From Eledone cirrhosa (lineage: Eukaryota): a stretch of 64,000 bases of DNA. The translations under genes and the position numbers were made by a program. The stretch lies in NCBI GenBank assembly GCA_964016885.1, contig CAXHJY010000514.1:1-64000 (forward strand). Direction: 5' to 3'. This document shows, piece by piece, positions 46,200 through 61,704 of the stretch (position 1 is its first letter; each line of letters opens with the position of its first letter). The notes beneath the pieces are model-generated. The model was not told the origin of the DNA, searched no databases, and saw nothing but the letters and a program-made list of their open reading frames with translations.

Positions 46200-46480
46200 A
46201 GTAATCAGTACACCCTGTAAATTGTTTGCATTGGCATCACAATAAAATGCATTCATTCCACTCAGTATACTATGTAAAGTTTAGTTGGTGTCACAAAATG
46301 CACCCATTCCACTCAGTAAATCCTTTAAATTGTTAGTGTTGACACCATGATGAAATGTATCCATTCCACTCAGTATATCCTCTAAAGTGTTAGTGTTGGT
46401 GCCACAATAAAAAACACCCATTCCAGTCAGTAAAGTGGTTGTGTTGGTGTCACATAGAATGCACCCACTATATCTTCTAG
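46200..46480 (+). repeat. Degenerate tandem repeat of about 55-60 bp
   Basis: Recurrent gttggtg(t/c)caca..cacccattccactcagta units resembling RTE 3'UTR subrepeats. Confidence 0.65.
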
Positions 46481-48873
46481 GTGACCAACATTTGGAAGAC
46501 CTGGTGTTGTTGCACTAATGCCAAATATTGAATGTAATGTGTAAAATCTGTCACTCCAATCCATCTGGTCTCAAATCATAATCTTTTCAAACCCATTCCA
46601 GTGTAGATGGTAAATGTAAAATAATAATTCAATTACCCAAAAATTATTTCATTTACTGTTTATATTATTGGTTACCTATGGAAGCGGAAATTGAAATGAA
46701 AGTTGAACAGAGGGATTAGACTTTTAGAGATGTGTCTCTCTAGAAAACATGTATTAGAAAATTTCTTTATTCCACATATTAGCATATAGTTTATTTTGTC
46801 ACTTTTTAGATTCTGCAATAATAATATTATTTTATCTGATAGCATGACTAGAAATACTTTATTAATGTTAAATTACTACTTTTGATGTTTTACTACATAA
46901 AGGAAATATTTCTAAAAAATATAAATTCTTTATTAAAATGGGAGTGTAGAACATCAAATGTTTATTAATGATAGTTATAGATTTATGTTTCTCTTCTAAG
47001 CCATGTGCACTTTTCCTCAGATATTACATTCATGGTTAACTGCTTGGAGTATGGTTATAATTAGTATTAGAAAAATATTGTAACCTAAAATGTCAGGAAG
47101 GTTGAGTGTTCTAAGATGCCAGACACATGAAGGAACTTTCAATCACACTCCTGAGAATGCTTTCTTTTTGTGGTGGTGCCGAAACAAAGCAACAGCTCAA
47201 TATTGAAACTAGTAATAGAGTAATGGAGTAAGACATTAAATAATTATGCAGGATATTTTATGATCAATTCATGGTGAAAGCAGTTTATTGATATAAATGG
47301 AAATAAAAGCAAATTCAGAGTGATTAATCCTTATAATACAAACCTATCTGAGATTACCTATGATTCTATTCTAAACATTTTTATATTTAAATTAAAACCT
47401 TCCATCATAATTTTATGTAGGAAGTTTTTTATCTTCCAAATACTAGTTTAATAACAAAGTTAATTGTTTTATTAAATCCATCTCATCTTTTCGTTATTTT
47501 CAAAATTCTTTCAAACATTTAGGTAATGAAATATATAATAAAATGAGGACAGTTCATATAGGATTTTATTATATATACTGCATTCAAACAGAAATGATTT
47601 CTAGCATTATTTATTTATATTTATTTAATTAACCAATATAAACGTTTTCATAGAGCTAGTAAGCCATGACAAACTAGGGCTATTATATAATAATTTTACA
47701 ATTGATAAACAAAAACACAAAATATACAGAGTTAAATGAATATAAAATTAAAATAAAAGTAAAATAAAATAAATAAATAGATAAATCCAACGAAAGGCAA
47801 AATAAGCATAAAAATACTAGTGAAACATTGTTTAACTATACCTTATATATCTTTAAAGTGATCTCACTACTCACACATATTTAACTGCATGCTAATCCAA
47901 CTATCTCCATTGCCTTGTTCTAAAAAGTGACTAATCAATAGTTAAATTATATAATAGCTAGTAGCAATTGAAATATTACCCACCTTGAAACAATGTCTCC
48001 ACACACAAGCCACACCAATTTTTTCTCATTATCCCTAATTCATCACACTGTTTTCAGTTTGCTTTGTATTTTGTAAAAACTGAACGAACCTTCAAAATAA
48101 CATATCTCAATGGGTTCTTAATTGATGTCATCTCCGTGAGACCTAAGATCTAATCTGAGCTGATTGCTTTCTCCATAATTGTATTTTATATTTTAACATT
48201 CTACTTTTCTCAGTTCAGAATCCATTTTCACTTCACTTATGTGTAAAACTCTCTCTATTTGCTTTACTAGACGTCCATACAAGCTAAGTAAATGATCACT
48301 TCAGGAAATTGACTGCTGCTAAAGGCTATGTTGCTTTATGTATCCTGTCCAATTTTTCTCTTCTAGCTATTATTCATTGCTGCATTTCTAGTCGATTTAT
48401 TGGCAGAAATATCACTATTTATTTTTCTTCATTCTCTCAACTTGTTCCTTTTCTTTTATATCTTTAGAATTCTTTGGTCACAAAAAATATACTGACATGT
48501 GATCCAACTTCCTTCTCATTTTATTCTGTAACAGAAAGAGTCCTTAACAGATTCTCTATTCAGAATTTTCACTACAGCAACAATAATTATTCTGTCTCAT
48601 ATAATAATAAAAAAAATAATCATATTGAAATGTTTATTTTTTTTAACAAAAACCGTTTTGGGTTTTTATCTATCTCTATTGAAAAATAATACTTTATAAT
48701 TATTTTTTACTATATTTTCATTCGATATAATTATTTCTATAATATTACATTCACCATGAATTTCTTTATTGAAGAAATGTTATATGGCCAGATGCCCTTC
48801 CTGACATCAAACTATTTAGTCACTTTTTCTGACATGCAGTGTGTGTGTAATATATTATATTATATATGATGAT

Positions 48874-49069
48874 GAAGGGCGGTGGATTGGCAATATTGGT
48901 AGAGGGTCGGACGCCATGCTTTGACGCATAGAGTTATGGCCCTTACCATTCTGAGTTCAAATCCTGCCGAGGTTAACTTTGCCTTTCATCCTTATGGGGT
49001 CGATAAAATAAAGTACCAGTAATGCACTGGGTAATTGCTGGCCTTGTGCCAAAAAGTAGAAACAATTAT
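48874..49069 (+). mobile_element. Full-length tRNA-derived Meta-domain SINE
   Basis: Box A tggcaatattgg, box B gagttcaaatcc, and gcctttcatccttatggggtcgataaaataaagtaccag. Inverted partial copy at 49087-49167 and another copy at 56160-56289. Confidence 0.82.
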
Positions 49070-49199
49070 ATATGATGATGATGATAATAATTGTTTCTAC
49101 TTTAGGCACAAGGCCAGCAATTACACAGTACATTACTGGTACTTATTTTATTGACCCCGTAAGGATATGATAATAATAATAATGAACATTATTTTGTAC

Positions 49200-50700
49200 A
49201 GTGTTCAGCTGCACAACTCATTAAAGGTACACCTATAGCACATAGAATAAGTAGTGACACTGATAACTGATGCAGAAGTAGTAGTAAAGAGCAGATCCAA
49301 AATGCTGTTACCTCTTACTGGGGAAGTGACCCCTTGAGACCAGATCGAATCCAGCGCTAGCTCAAGGAAATCATTTAGACTTTGCATGCAAAGCAAGGTT
49401 TCCACATCAATCTCAGGGTAATTGAAGTCACCTGCAATGAAAACATTTCCTAGCAGCAGCTCTGTGGATATAACAAAATCTGTGTCTTGATGGTAATTTT
49501 GGGGGTTGAGAAACAACTTTAAGTAGAAGTGTTTACATGGTCATTCATATATCGCAGAAAAATATTTCTTGTTGTGGTTGGTTCAAATCATTGCAAGGAA
49601 TTGCTAAAAAGTTTGAACACCACTACCACCACGTTTACAAGCTATACTAAAAGCACCATCACAGAATAAAGTATGCACCTATATTTCTGTGACTGTAATG
49701 AAATCGGGGTTGATACTTTGGATGTAAGAATAAAAAAGATGGATCTTGTTTCATAAACTACAAGCATTCAAGGACAATAATTTGTATCTGGATTTCAGCT
49801 TGTGGTGATATATAGGGGATGTCAGGTTGTTCTTGTTTAGTTTCTGACAGCTTTTCCTTGCTGGCTATTGTGGGTTCACTATGCTCAGAGCAGCTGGTAT
49901 CTCTTTTTCATGTCTCACCAGACTCAGTAAATTTTCATATTTTCCCATGAATTTTGATGCGGTACTGAGTTGCAATTTAAGGAACCTACAGTACATAGCT
50001 TTGGGTTTATAGTAGGTGGTAAGCCAGGCCAAGTTAGAAAGGTAATTGAATTTCATGCTTAACCTTATCAGAGGTTAAATATTATGCAGGTGCCTCAGTA
50101 GAGCTTGTCAATGACAGCCTAATTAGTCTGGTTTTGGGACCTGCTCGACCAAGGCAGAGAGCATATTTTGGAGGAACACAGTCTAGGTCCTTGGACGAGT
50201 TGCCAGCAAATGCCTGAAGATCAGTTATGTATTCTGATACACCAATGGCAATTACTTCATGGGTGACAGATTCAGTAGGTTTCTCAATGCATCTAAACTT
50301 GTTATTGAACAGTAATGGGAGAGGAAGACACAGTTGGCTTTTGTTGTTGTTGATGTTCTTCAACAATAATGGTAGGGGAAGACACGGCTGTTGGTTTTTG
50401 TTGTTGTTCAACAGCAATGGTAGAATACACACAGGCCAGGCACTGAAAGGACAAATTTGGTAGCTGGATGATTTCCCAGAGTCCATCCATCATAGAAATA
50501 TGGTGTCCCTTTTTTTGACCTGGGATCTATGAAAAGTTTGTGGCACATTGAAGGCAGACAGAAACAGGGCATTTCACTCATCGATTTCAAAGAGTTCTTG
50601 GATTCTGTGCATAGATGACAGACGTGATTTTCGAGGCAATATTCTATTTTTGAACAGCGATCAGTTTTGTCACATATTTCACTTATGCATGTATCCATAG
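49200..50700 (-). mobile_element. Degenerate CR1-like LINE 5' half (ORF1 + APE endonuclease)
   Basis: IAGDFNYPEID, VRGNSILDLLFT, ORF1-like LGRAGPKTRLIRL and a Cys-rich N-terminus. Confidence 0.7.
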
Positions 50701-50968
50701 CAATGTTGTTCTGTCAGACCATCCATAAAATAGAACAATATGCATAAGTATAACGCACTTGTTAAGCAGATAAATAATAAAATGTTTTTGTTTGCATTTT
50801 CCTAAATATTCTATGTGTCTGTATACAAAAATATCTGCACATGTATATATATTTAGATGTATGTAAGCTGGAACTGAAGCCTGTATCTAGAGTGTTTTAC
50901 AATGTACGTATGATGGTCACTATAGTGTCTCAGACATGATACAGTATGATTTCTTTTCACTTTGTGTA

Positions 50969-51059
<91 letters not shown>

Positions 51060-51063
<4 letters not shown>

Positions 51064-53190
51064 TCATCATCATCATCATTTTACGTCCGCTTTTCCCTGG
51101 TTGCAAGGGTGGGATGGGTCTTATTCAGCACAGCATCTCTCCACTCGTCACGGTCCCTCGTCATCTCCACCGTGAGCTTCAATGATCTGAGGTCTGTTCT
51201 CACCACCTCCGCCCATGTTTTTCGCAGTCTACCTCTACCACGTCTTCCTTCAACTGGCATTTCCTTGCACTTCTTCACCCATCGGTCATCCTCCATGCGC
51301 ATCACATGTCCATACCACCTCAGTCTCCTCTCCCATACACTACATTCTATCCCTCTCAGACACAGTTTCTCTCTCAACACATTTATGCTGGGTCGTTCAC
51401 GCACATTTACACTGCACATCCAACGGAGCATGCTTGCCTCATTTCTCTCCAGCCATCGCATATCCTCTGCGGTTGCTGCCCATGTCTCACTACCATGCAG
51501 CATCGCGCTCCTCACACAGGCATCATACAACCGGCCTTTCGTACGCAGGGAGAAACCCTTCTTCGTCAACAGAGGAAGCAGCTCCCTAAACTTCTTCCAA
51601 CCCGTCCTTATTCTAGATACTATGGCCTCGGACCACCCTCCTCCCATGCTAATCTGATCTCCTAGGTACTGGAAGCTATCCACCACTTCTATAGTGGCCT
51701 CTCGCATTTGAAAAATGTGTCTATCAGTGCGACTTCTACTGTCTAATTTCCCTGTACATCTACTGCATACATATTTCTCCCTACCTGTTAGTTTGCCTGC
51801 TATCCCGCTACATCTCTTGTGTACCCAGGACCTACATTGTGTGCATTTTATAGAATTTATGCCAGTTCCTTTTCTGCATATCGAACATGGCCATTTCCCT
51901 GACGGAATCAGGGTTTTGTCCTCTTTTCTACTCATCAACACTTTTGTCTTAGCTAGATTTACTCTCAGTCCTCTTGCTTCCAACTGCTGTTTCCATAGCC
52001 GGAATTTATTCTCTAGCTCCTCTACTGATTCTGCTATAAGAGCCAGATCGTCAGCATAGAGAAGTTCCCATGGACAGCCAGTCTTAAACTCCTCTGTTAT
52101 GGCTTGGAGGACTATAATGAACAAGAGCGGGCTGAGGACCGAACCCTGATGTACTCCTACTTGTATCTGGAATTCCTCACTAAACTCCATTCCTACCCTG
52201 ACTTTACTGAGAGTACCTCTGTACAAAGTTTGCACTGTCCTCACAAGCCATTCCTCAACACCTAGCTTCCTTAGGGACCACCAGATGACAGATCGGGGTA
52301 CCCTATCAAAGGCCTTCTCTAGGTCAACAAAGGCTAAGTATAGTGGCTTATTCTTCTCTAAGAACCTCTCTTGCATTTGTCTCACCAAGAAGAGGGCATC
52401 TGTTGTACTCTTCCCAGGCACAAAACCAAACTGCATCTCATCTAGTTTGACCCTTTCTCTAATTAGTTGTGCTAAAATCCTTTCTGCCACTTTCATAACC
52501 TGATCTATCAGTTTTATACCCCTATAATTGCTCCTCTCCAAAGCATCCCCTTTACCTTTGTAGCAATTTATGAGAATACTGCTGCACCAGTCTTTGGGTA
52601 TGACACCACCATATATAGCCTGATTGATGATGTGTGCAACAAGTTTAGTGCCTACGTCCCCTGATGCCTTCAGCATCTCAGCAACTATTCCCGATGGCCC
52701 GGCCGCCGTACCATTTTTCATTTCCCTAATCGCCTCTTGGACCCTATATTCGTCAATCTCAATAGCTGGTCCCTCTGTCGGATCTACCAAGGGTAATTTC
52801 TCTCTCTCCCATTTGTTCTCCACATTCATCAGTCTCTCATAATGACATTTCCAGGCCTCCTTTTTCTGGTCATTCGTGACACTAAGTACACCGGCATCAT
52901 CCCGGACACATTTATCTCCAACAACATCCTGATTTGCATTGACACACTGCCTTGCAATGTGGAACAGCGCACGCCTCTGATCTTCCCGTCGCAGAACATT
53001 GGCAAACCTCCTACTCTCTGCCTCCCTGCGTGCTAAGTACACCTGACGTCTAGCTTCTCTCTTAGTGGCTGTATATTCTTCCCTACTCCCACCCTTTTTC
53101 CAAGCCTTCCATGCTAGTCTTTTGTCTCTAATAGCCTTATCTACTGTGCTGTTCCACCACCAGGTCACTCTCTGTCTGGTTGGAGCTCTG
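51060..53190 (-). mobile_element. 5'-truncated young RTE LINE with (GAT)n tail
   Basis: Uninterrupted 695 aa frame. The tail lies directly after the stop, between (TA)n and (TG)n flanks. Confidence 0.95.
51081..53168 (-). CDS. RTE reverse transcriptase with inserted PHD-like Cys/His finger (N-terminally truncated)
   Basis: NYRGIKL, MQFGF, FVDLEKAFD, GVHQGSVLSP, LLYADD, CSIC..CTQC..WVHKRC..CSRC, FQYLG, HGSETW. Confidence 0.9.
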   Translation of the reverse strand: MTWWWNSTVDKAIRDKRLAWKAWKKGGSREEYTATKREARRQVYLARREAESRRFANVLRREDQRRALFHIARQCVNANQDVVGDKCVRDDAGVLSVTNDQKKEAWKCHYERLMNVENKWEREKLPLVDPTEGPAIEIDEYRVQEAIREMKNGTAAGPSGIVAEMLKASGDVGTKLVAHIINQAIYGGVIPKDWCSSILINCYKGKGDALERSNYRGIKLIDQVMKVAERILAQLIRERVKLDEMQFGFVPGKSTTDALFLVRQMQERFLEKNKPLYLAFVDLEKAFDRVPRSVIWWSLRKLGVEEWLVRTVQTLYRGTLSKVRVGMEFSEEFQIQVGVHQGSVLSPLLFIIVLQAITEEFKTGCPWELLYADDLALIAESVEELENKFRLWKQQLEARGLRVNLAKTKVLMSRKEDKTLIPSGKWPCSICRKGTGINSIKCTQCRSWVHKRCSGIAGKLTGREKYVCSRCTGKLDSRSRTDRHIFQMREATIEVVDSFQYLGDQISMGGGWSEAIVSRIRTGWKKFRELLPLLTKKGFSLRTKGRLYDACVRSAMLHGSETWAATAEDMRWLERNEASMLRWMCSVNVRERPSINVLREKLCLRGIECSVWERRLRWYGHVMRMEDDRWVKKCKEMPVEGRRGRGRLRKTWAEVVRTDLRSLKLTVEMTRDRDEWRDAVLNKTHPTLATREKRT

Positions 53191-56100
53191 TGTGTGTGTG
53201 TGGTGTGTATCTACATATAAATCTGTGTGTATGGGATATACAATGATCCCTATAGTGTTTCACATGCGACGTAGTGATTTACTTTCATTCATTATGTCTA
53301 CACGTGTTTTGTTGCCGATCTCCAATTTACTTCATTAAAGCAAGGTTATATTAAAAATAGTTCTACTACTCAGGGAATAGTGAGGATAGTTGCAATAGTG
53401 AATCTTATAATCCATGTGAAATGTGTCAAAATGACAGTTTACAGTGGTAGAAATATGTTTAGATACGAGAGCAGAGATCATATGTCATTGATTGTATATG
53501 TGTTATTTTTTTGTTTTATATATAATCTTGCATAAAAGTTATCAAATATTAACTGAAAAATCTCAGTACATTTAAGAATGTAAAATTAATTTTTACAAGG
53601 AAATGATTGATAGTGACTTCGAATTTTGCCAGTGATTGTTTTGCTTGACTGTCTGATAAAGCCACCGCTGGCAAACTTTTACTTGTAAAATATACATACA
53701 AACATATACACACTATTAAGGTTGATACCAACCATCTCGTGACTTTTTAAAACAGTTTTGTAGACAAAACTATTTTGAAAAGCATTGATTTATGTATGTG
53801 GCAGCAGTGGTATTCTTGATTTTCAAATTCCACTGTTTATAAAGTTATCATTGGTTAGATTTAGCAACACTATTGGGGATTGATCAAATGATAAACCAGG
53901 GAGTTGAAATTTCAAGATGAAATTTATTGAAAGAACAAAGATTATTTATGAAATTAAATTTGTATTCACTTCTTAGTGAGGGAGCAATGAAAGAGAGAGA
54001 AAACAGATTATAAAATTCCAATTGAAATGTTTAAAATAGAATTTTGTTTCACTTACGGCAGGAGAAGCAATGCCTATAACCTTTTAATTTATTAGTCCCA
54101 CTAAGACTGGTGCAAAAACAAAGTGAGGAAGTTATCCTCAATTGGGACCCTTGGCACAAATGCTGGTGTCACAGTAAACTCCATTAAATTAATCTAAGGA
54201 TCATATGGTAATGTGAAGATGGGTGAGGGATTAAGTTTCTCATCTAAGACCCAGAAGAGAACAGATCTAGTACAGATACCAGAAGTTATCTCATTCGATC
54301 CTCTAACATTTCCATCATTCCACTGTAATAGACTTTGTTTTATTGACTGTGAAAAATTAAATGGCAGTTACCCTCATTGTTTTAAGTTAGTATAAGCTAT
54401 TTTATAGATAAAATTGAAAGTGTTAGTTTATAAAGGAAAAGAATAGACCTTTCTTTTTTCTTTTTGAATTAGAATAATACGTAGTATTCATCATTCTTAA
54501 TGGTGGGGAGGGCTGTGAAGTTCTTTGAGACAAATTAATTTGTAATTATATACTATATAATCAGTAGTGAGGTGGTTTGTAATAGCTTGTAAGATATTTA
54601 CAATAATCACTGGTGTTCTCCAAGAAGTGTTCAGTGAATTTGTTAAGCTAGGCTGGAGATTTACTAACTGATTATGCATAGAAAGAGTTTATATAGTTAA
54701 ATCCAAAATAATGAAGTATGTTACCTTACTAAGAGCAAACAAAATGTTATCTTCAAGGAAAACCAACATATCTAATAAGTTTGCTTTCACTATCATCTAC
54801 ATTCTCAGGAATTTGATAATCACCCAATATGATTTTGAAGAGTGACTTAGACTTGTTAGTCTCTGCATATATTCACTTAGTGAAGGTGGTCCTAAACGAT
54901 GTTCATTCTATTTTCATATAAGTAGATTGTTATTGCTTAACTCCAGGTGAACTTTAAGCAGGCTTATGGTCAAGGTGTTTTCACCCGCATCCATCCCATT
55001 TATTTTTTCAGGTAGTGTTCACATGGAACTTCGTTATCTAATATCTCTATCCCTTTTAAAACAGTGTGCTGTGATTTAAGGAAGATTTAGATTTAGGTGC
55101 TATGTTTATAGCATTAGGCTACTTTGTAACAACTATTTCATTGAGAAAGATATAACATTTAGGGCAGGAGAAAAATATTTGTCAAATATTTCCATTTTGC
55201 TCTAAATTCTTCACTATCCAAAATATTCTCAATTAAAGCATAAAAACTTCTTTATATTTGCAATGTTTATTTATTTATGGATATTTGCCATTGTTAACTA
55301 CCAATATTTCTCATCTTCATTTTAAATGAAATTGAGACATAATAAATCTCAGGTTTATTTGTCACATCCACTTCTCTGCTATTTTACCATCTGTTTAACT
55401 ATTAATTCCCACAAACACAATATATTCCATAGTTGGATAAATAATCAACAGAGGTACTTCAACATCACTAGAAGAGTTTGATGTGATCTTTATACATTAG
55501 AGATTCATATAAATCTCTAAAGAGTTCATATGTGTGTGTGTGTTTGTGTGTGTGAAATATCAATGCGGAAAAACAATAGAGTACAATGATGATATAGATT
55601 AGTTTAATGCTTGATATAATAGGAAATGTCTTAATGTTTCAGAGGGTAGTCCTTCATCAAAAGGTAGAATGAGGGATCGAAGAAATAGGATAGCCTAAAT
55701 AAAGACATAGGAAAAATAATTACATTAGAAAAATGCATGTTTGTATTGTCAGCCATTCTGGATATTGTGTGTGTGTGATTAATTTTACTATTTTCTTATG
55801 TCTCAGTGGTTTGAGAAAACAGGTTCAGTTATATGTACCAGACTTGGCAAAATAAGTACTGGAGTCAGTATTATCAACTAAATCTCTTTAAGGCAATACA
55901 CAAACGTGACTACAATCTGACAACTGTAGCAAGTAAAATTATATATGAATATATATATGAAAAAAAATTTACCTCAAAATACTTCTTGATTCCTTCTGCA
56001 GTTTGTCCTGCAAAGGCCAGCCACATATTCTGATAATTTAGTATATAGGCTAGGAGAATAAGACTCGTCAGGGAACTTTCTTGTAACCAGAAAATTTCAA

Positions 56101-56454
56101 GTGACTATGATGGATTATAGTCATATATATGTATGCATGTATCTTCTATTATTTGTTACGGCCCTTTATGGTCTGAGTTCAAATCTCGCCGAGGTTAACT
56201 TTGCCTTTTATCCTTACAGTTTTGATAAAATAAAGTACAGTAATGCACTGGGTAATTGCTGGCCTTGTGCCAAAAGTAGAAACAATTATTTGTTTATTTA
56301 TATATTCATTTTATTAAGGCAAAATAATGAGCCTTGTTAATCTGGATTTTTGCCTGTTTATCACAAGATTCATCAGAAAAGAACATTCGGCTATATGCCG
56401 CAACTAGTTCTAGCCGCTATAGCATTCGCAACATCATATATATATATATATCAA

Positions 56455-57906
56455 CATCATTATCACCGTTTTACATCCGTTCTTCCACACTAGCGTTGGG
56501 TTAGACGGGTTGTCCTGTTGTGGGCAGTGTCCGGTCGGCTGACCATGCCTTGCTCATACGGGAACTGATTCTGGCTTGATTTATACAGCTGGGTACCCTT
56601 CCTAACACCAACCTCATTTACGGTGAGAGCTAGGTCCTTTTTTCCATGGCGCCTACACGTCCACTTTGCAGTGGGAGGGTGTTGGGGCATATTGGCCATA
56701 TGCTTCAGCTTCGGCTTGTACCCATGATGGGTGTGGGTCTTCTGTATTACTGCGTGATGCCAGAGGTCACGGTTGAGTGTCATCGCCTTTGAGAGGTGTA
56801 ATTGGGTAAGGTCGGCTTTTATCACCTCATCCAAGGTCTTCTTGAGTCTCCCCACTCCGCGGTTTCCATCGACTTCTAGTGCTCTGCACCTTTTTATGCG
56901 ACTGTCACATGTCCATACGCATCACATGTCCATACCATGATACCAATGCAACCACCTCTCCTGCACACACCATTTGATACCTCTTATGCTCAGTCTCTCT
57001 CTTAATTCGTTTATGCTTTGCCGTTTGCGTATATTACTATTACACATCCATCGGAGCATGCAGGCTTCATTTCTTTCTAATCTACGCAAGTCTTCCACAG
57101 ACAGCGCCCAGGTCTCACTACCATGTAACATTGCTGTTGGTATACACGCATTATACAGTCTGCTTTTCATTTTGAGAGAAAAGCCTTTTGTAGCTAGCAG
57201 TGGCAGTAGCTCCCTGAACTTCTTCCATCCTGTTCTTGCCCTAGTTATTGTACTTTCCGAACACCCACCTCCACTGCTAATTCGGTCAACTTGGTAGCAG
57301 AAGCTGTCTACTGTTTCTACAGAGCCCTCCCAGAGTTTGGTGGTACTTGTTTCATGTGGCTGTTTGCTGCTTGCTGTCCCAGCACAGCTGCTACATGTGA
57401 AACCTACATTCTTAGTTAAAATTCCTGAGATCCCGCTACATCTCTTGTGTATCCATTGTTTGCATTTGGGGCAGAGAATGGAGTTCCTACCTACACCTTT
57501 CCTACATACTGAGCAAAGCAATTTCCCTGAGGGGATCTGGGTTCTATTTTCTTGTCTACTTACAAGGACCTTAGCCTTTGTCAGGTTGACTTTGAGACCC
57601 TTTCTTTCTAGTCCCTTCTTCCAAGTTTGGAATTTCTTCTCTAGTTCTACCATAGATTCAGCTATAAGTGTGGGGATATCTGTATACAGGAGTTCCCATG
57701 GACACCCGGTCTTAAAATCCTCCGTTATTGACTGCAGAACTATGATGAACGAGAGAGGGCTAAAAACAGAGCCCTGGTGGACACCGACCTGTATGCTAAA
57801 TTCCTCGCTATACTCATTGCTAATCCTAACTTTACTGACTGCTCCCCTATATATGGCTTCTACAGCTTTCACAAGCCATTCATCTACTTCTAGTTTTCTA
57901 AGAGCC
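56455..57906 (-). mobile_element. 5'-truncated RTE LINE (long 3'UTR subfamily)
   Basis: ORF 56922-57872 has GVHQGS, a mutated YTDI catalytic motif and a PHD-like finger. A 16 bp tandem duplication lies at the 5' junction (57908-57939). Confidence 0.92.
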
Positions 57907-57942
57907 CTCGATACTTGGGGTACTCGATACTTGGGGTAGTAG

Positions 57943-58057
57943 TATTAGAAAGAGGTTGGAGCATGACAGCTAAGCTCTTGCCATTTTGATAACTAATTTT
58001 GGAACTAGCCTACGAAACACCAAGAGCTCAGCTACCAGGACCCGACTCTTTCTAATA
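57943..58057. repeat. Small inverted-repeat (MITE-like) element
   Basis: tattagaaagag..agctaagctcttg / caagagctcagct..ctctttctaata. Confidence 0.6.
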
Positions 58058-59091
58058 TATATATCTATATATTTATACTTGGGTTATCTAAACATGGTCC
58101 GCAGAGGTAATTTTCTCCCTAAGAGTCAACCCATCCGACCCATGTTAGCTTGAAAGATGGATGTTAAATGATGATGAGATGCACACACATGCACACCCAC
58201 CTACACACATACAATTATATGTTTGGAATCTCGTGCTGTCAATAAAAGTACAAGCACCAGTTGAGTTTACCTTCAGTTTTATTGTAAGTCAAATAAGTAA
58301 ACCATTGTCCACTTACTTTAGTAATATAGATATACAGAAAACAGACATTAACTAATGATAATGATATGCATGTATATTGTTTCTAAACATAAACATGGTC
58401 TTTAAGTATTTAATTCTTTAGTTAGCAGCACCAGTTTTATTACTAAGAATGAAGCCTAACATATTGTCTTTACTATAGATATTCTCAGATGAATAAATGT
58501 AACTGATTATAATTAACAGCTCTATAGGAATCACTAGTATTAACACAATGAAACATTTTATGTGTGCAGAGGCATTAACTTCTATCTTAATTCCAACTGT
58601 CTTCATTTCATTGCATTATCTATTATATGAACATACATATACATACATATATACAAAGATACATACAAACACACACATATATATACACACATACATACAA
58701 AGAAACATACATACACCACACCTCACACATATATATATGCACACACATACATACATGTGTATGTAAGTATGTATGCAAGCGTGTGTGTGTGTGTGGATAT
58801 ATATATATTTATGTATATATCTATGTATATATGTATGTATCTATGTATGTAAATAGATTCAATTAAAACTCTTTTACTTTTACAAAATCATATTTAAGTA
58901 CCATCACATTTTCTCTCCATTTCTATATATCAATTATATTTGCTTTGACATACTGTAAATGGAAGCTAATTAATCTGAAATTGGCTCCTATCAGTTGATC
59001 AATTGCAGAAAAATCAGGGATTCTATTAACAAAACAATTCTTTTTAAAACGGAGATGTCATGTGTGTGTGTATGTATATATTCATTTATAC

Positions 59092-60372
<1,281 letters not shown>

Positions 60373-61064
60373 CTTTATATATATATATATAGGAACAAGT
60401 AAGACCCCGACGGCTGAGCTCAAGCCGTTTCGACGGCTAATTCTGGACTGGTTCCTTACCACATTTCCTTCGTTATATATATATATATACATTCCTTTCT
60501 CTCTCACTTTTCGCGTGGCTCAGACATGTCTGCCTCTGCTCATCATTTGATTCGTTCGGACTTAAGCCCACAAGATTCATTGACTTGTCTCTCTTTTCCT
60601 CTCTTTACGTTGCATTACTACCATGTTGTTTGTTCACTTTCCCCTTCCAATTCGCTCTGTCCCGATAACTTTTAGTTATGGCTCGCACTGATTTTAGGTA
60701 TCTAGGCTTTAATGCGAAGAAATACCAATGATAATTAGCAGACTACATATATACATATGTATACATACATGTGTGCGAATACATAATTCTATGTATGCGT
60801 AAATATATACGTGTGTATGCATGTATGTGTGCTTATATATATATAGAGAGAGAGAGCGGACGTAAAATGATGATGGGGATATATGTGTGTGTATGGGGTA
60901 CTTATATACATATGAATACATGCATGTGTACGAATATATATAAATATATATATATCAAAACGGAACCTGAACCGATAAGGTCTGGTTTATCGGGTATATA
61001 ACTATTTCTAAAACAAATTTTGTATTTTATCTTATGAGTGCGTACCAAAGTTTTTTAATATCAT

Positions 61065-61162
<98 letters not shown>

Positions 61163-61279
61163 ATGATATTAATAAATGGAAACTATATTTATAAAACCAT
61201 ATTTATTTTATTATATATATTTCAAGGGTACCAATTAGCCGTCGAAACGGCTTGAGCTCAGCTGTCGGGGTCTTACTGG

Positions 61280-61317
<38 letters not shown>

Positions 61318-61474
61318 TACTTATATACATGTGTATGCATGTATGTGTGCTTAAATATATATATATATATGCGTACTTATATACATATGTATATATGTGT
61401 GTATATATATATATATATAAAAGAAAAAAAAGAACGATCGACTTTCGTCAAATCGGGCCGTTTTTCCAGGTAGA

Positions 61475-61594
61475 AGGAGCAACGTGAAATAAAGTGTCTT
61501 GCTCAAGGACATAACGCATCACCCTGTCCAGAAATCGAACTCCCATCTTAAGATTGTGAATCCAATTCCCTAACCACTCAGCCATGCGCCTTCA
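61475..61594 (-). mobile_element. tRNA/CORE-type SINE head
   Basis: tggctgagtgg box A, gagttcgatt box B, gtccttgagcaagacac. Confidence 0.78.
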
Positions 61595-61634
61595 CACACA
61601 CACACACACAGATATATATATATATATATATATA

Positions 61635-61704
61635 TGTTCTGTCCCTGTTCAATTTTTCATTATATATATATATATATAATGAAAAATTGAACAGGGACAG
61701 AACA
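61635..61704. repeat. Perfect 70 bp palindrome centred on (TA)n
   Basis: tgttctgtccctgttcaatttttcat-(ta)9-atgaaaaattgaacagggacagaaca. Confidence 0.95.

Noticed and set aside
48874-48970. tRNA gene
   Set aside because: A and B boxes are present but there is no cloverleaf, and it continues into a repeated SINE body.
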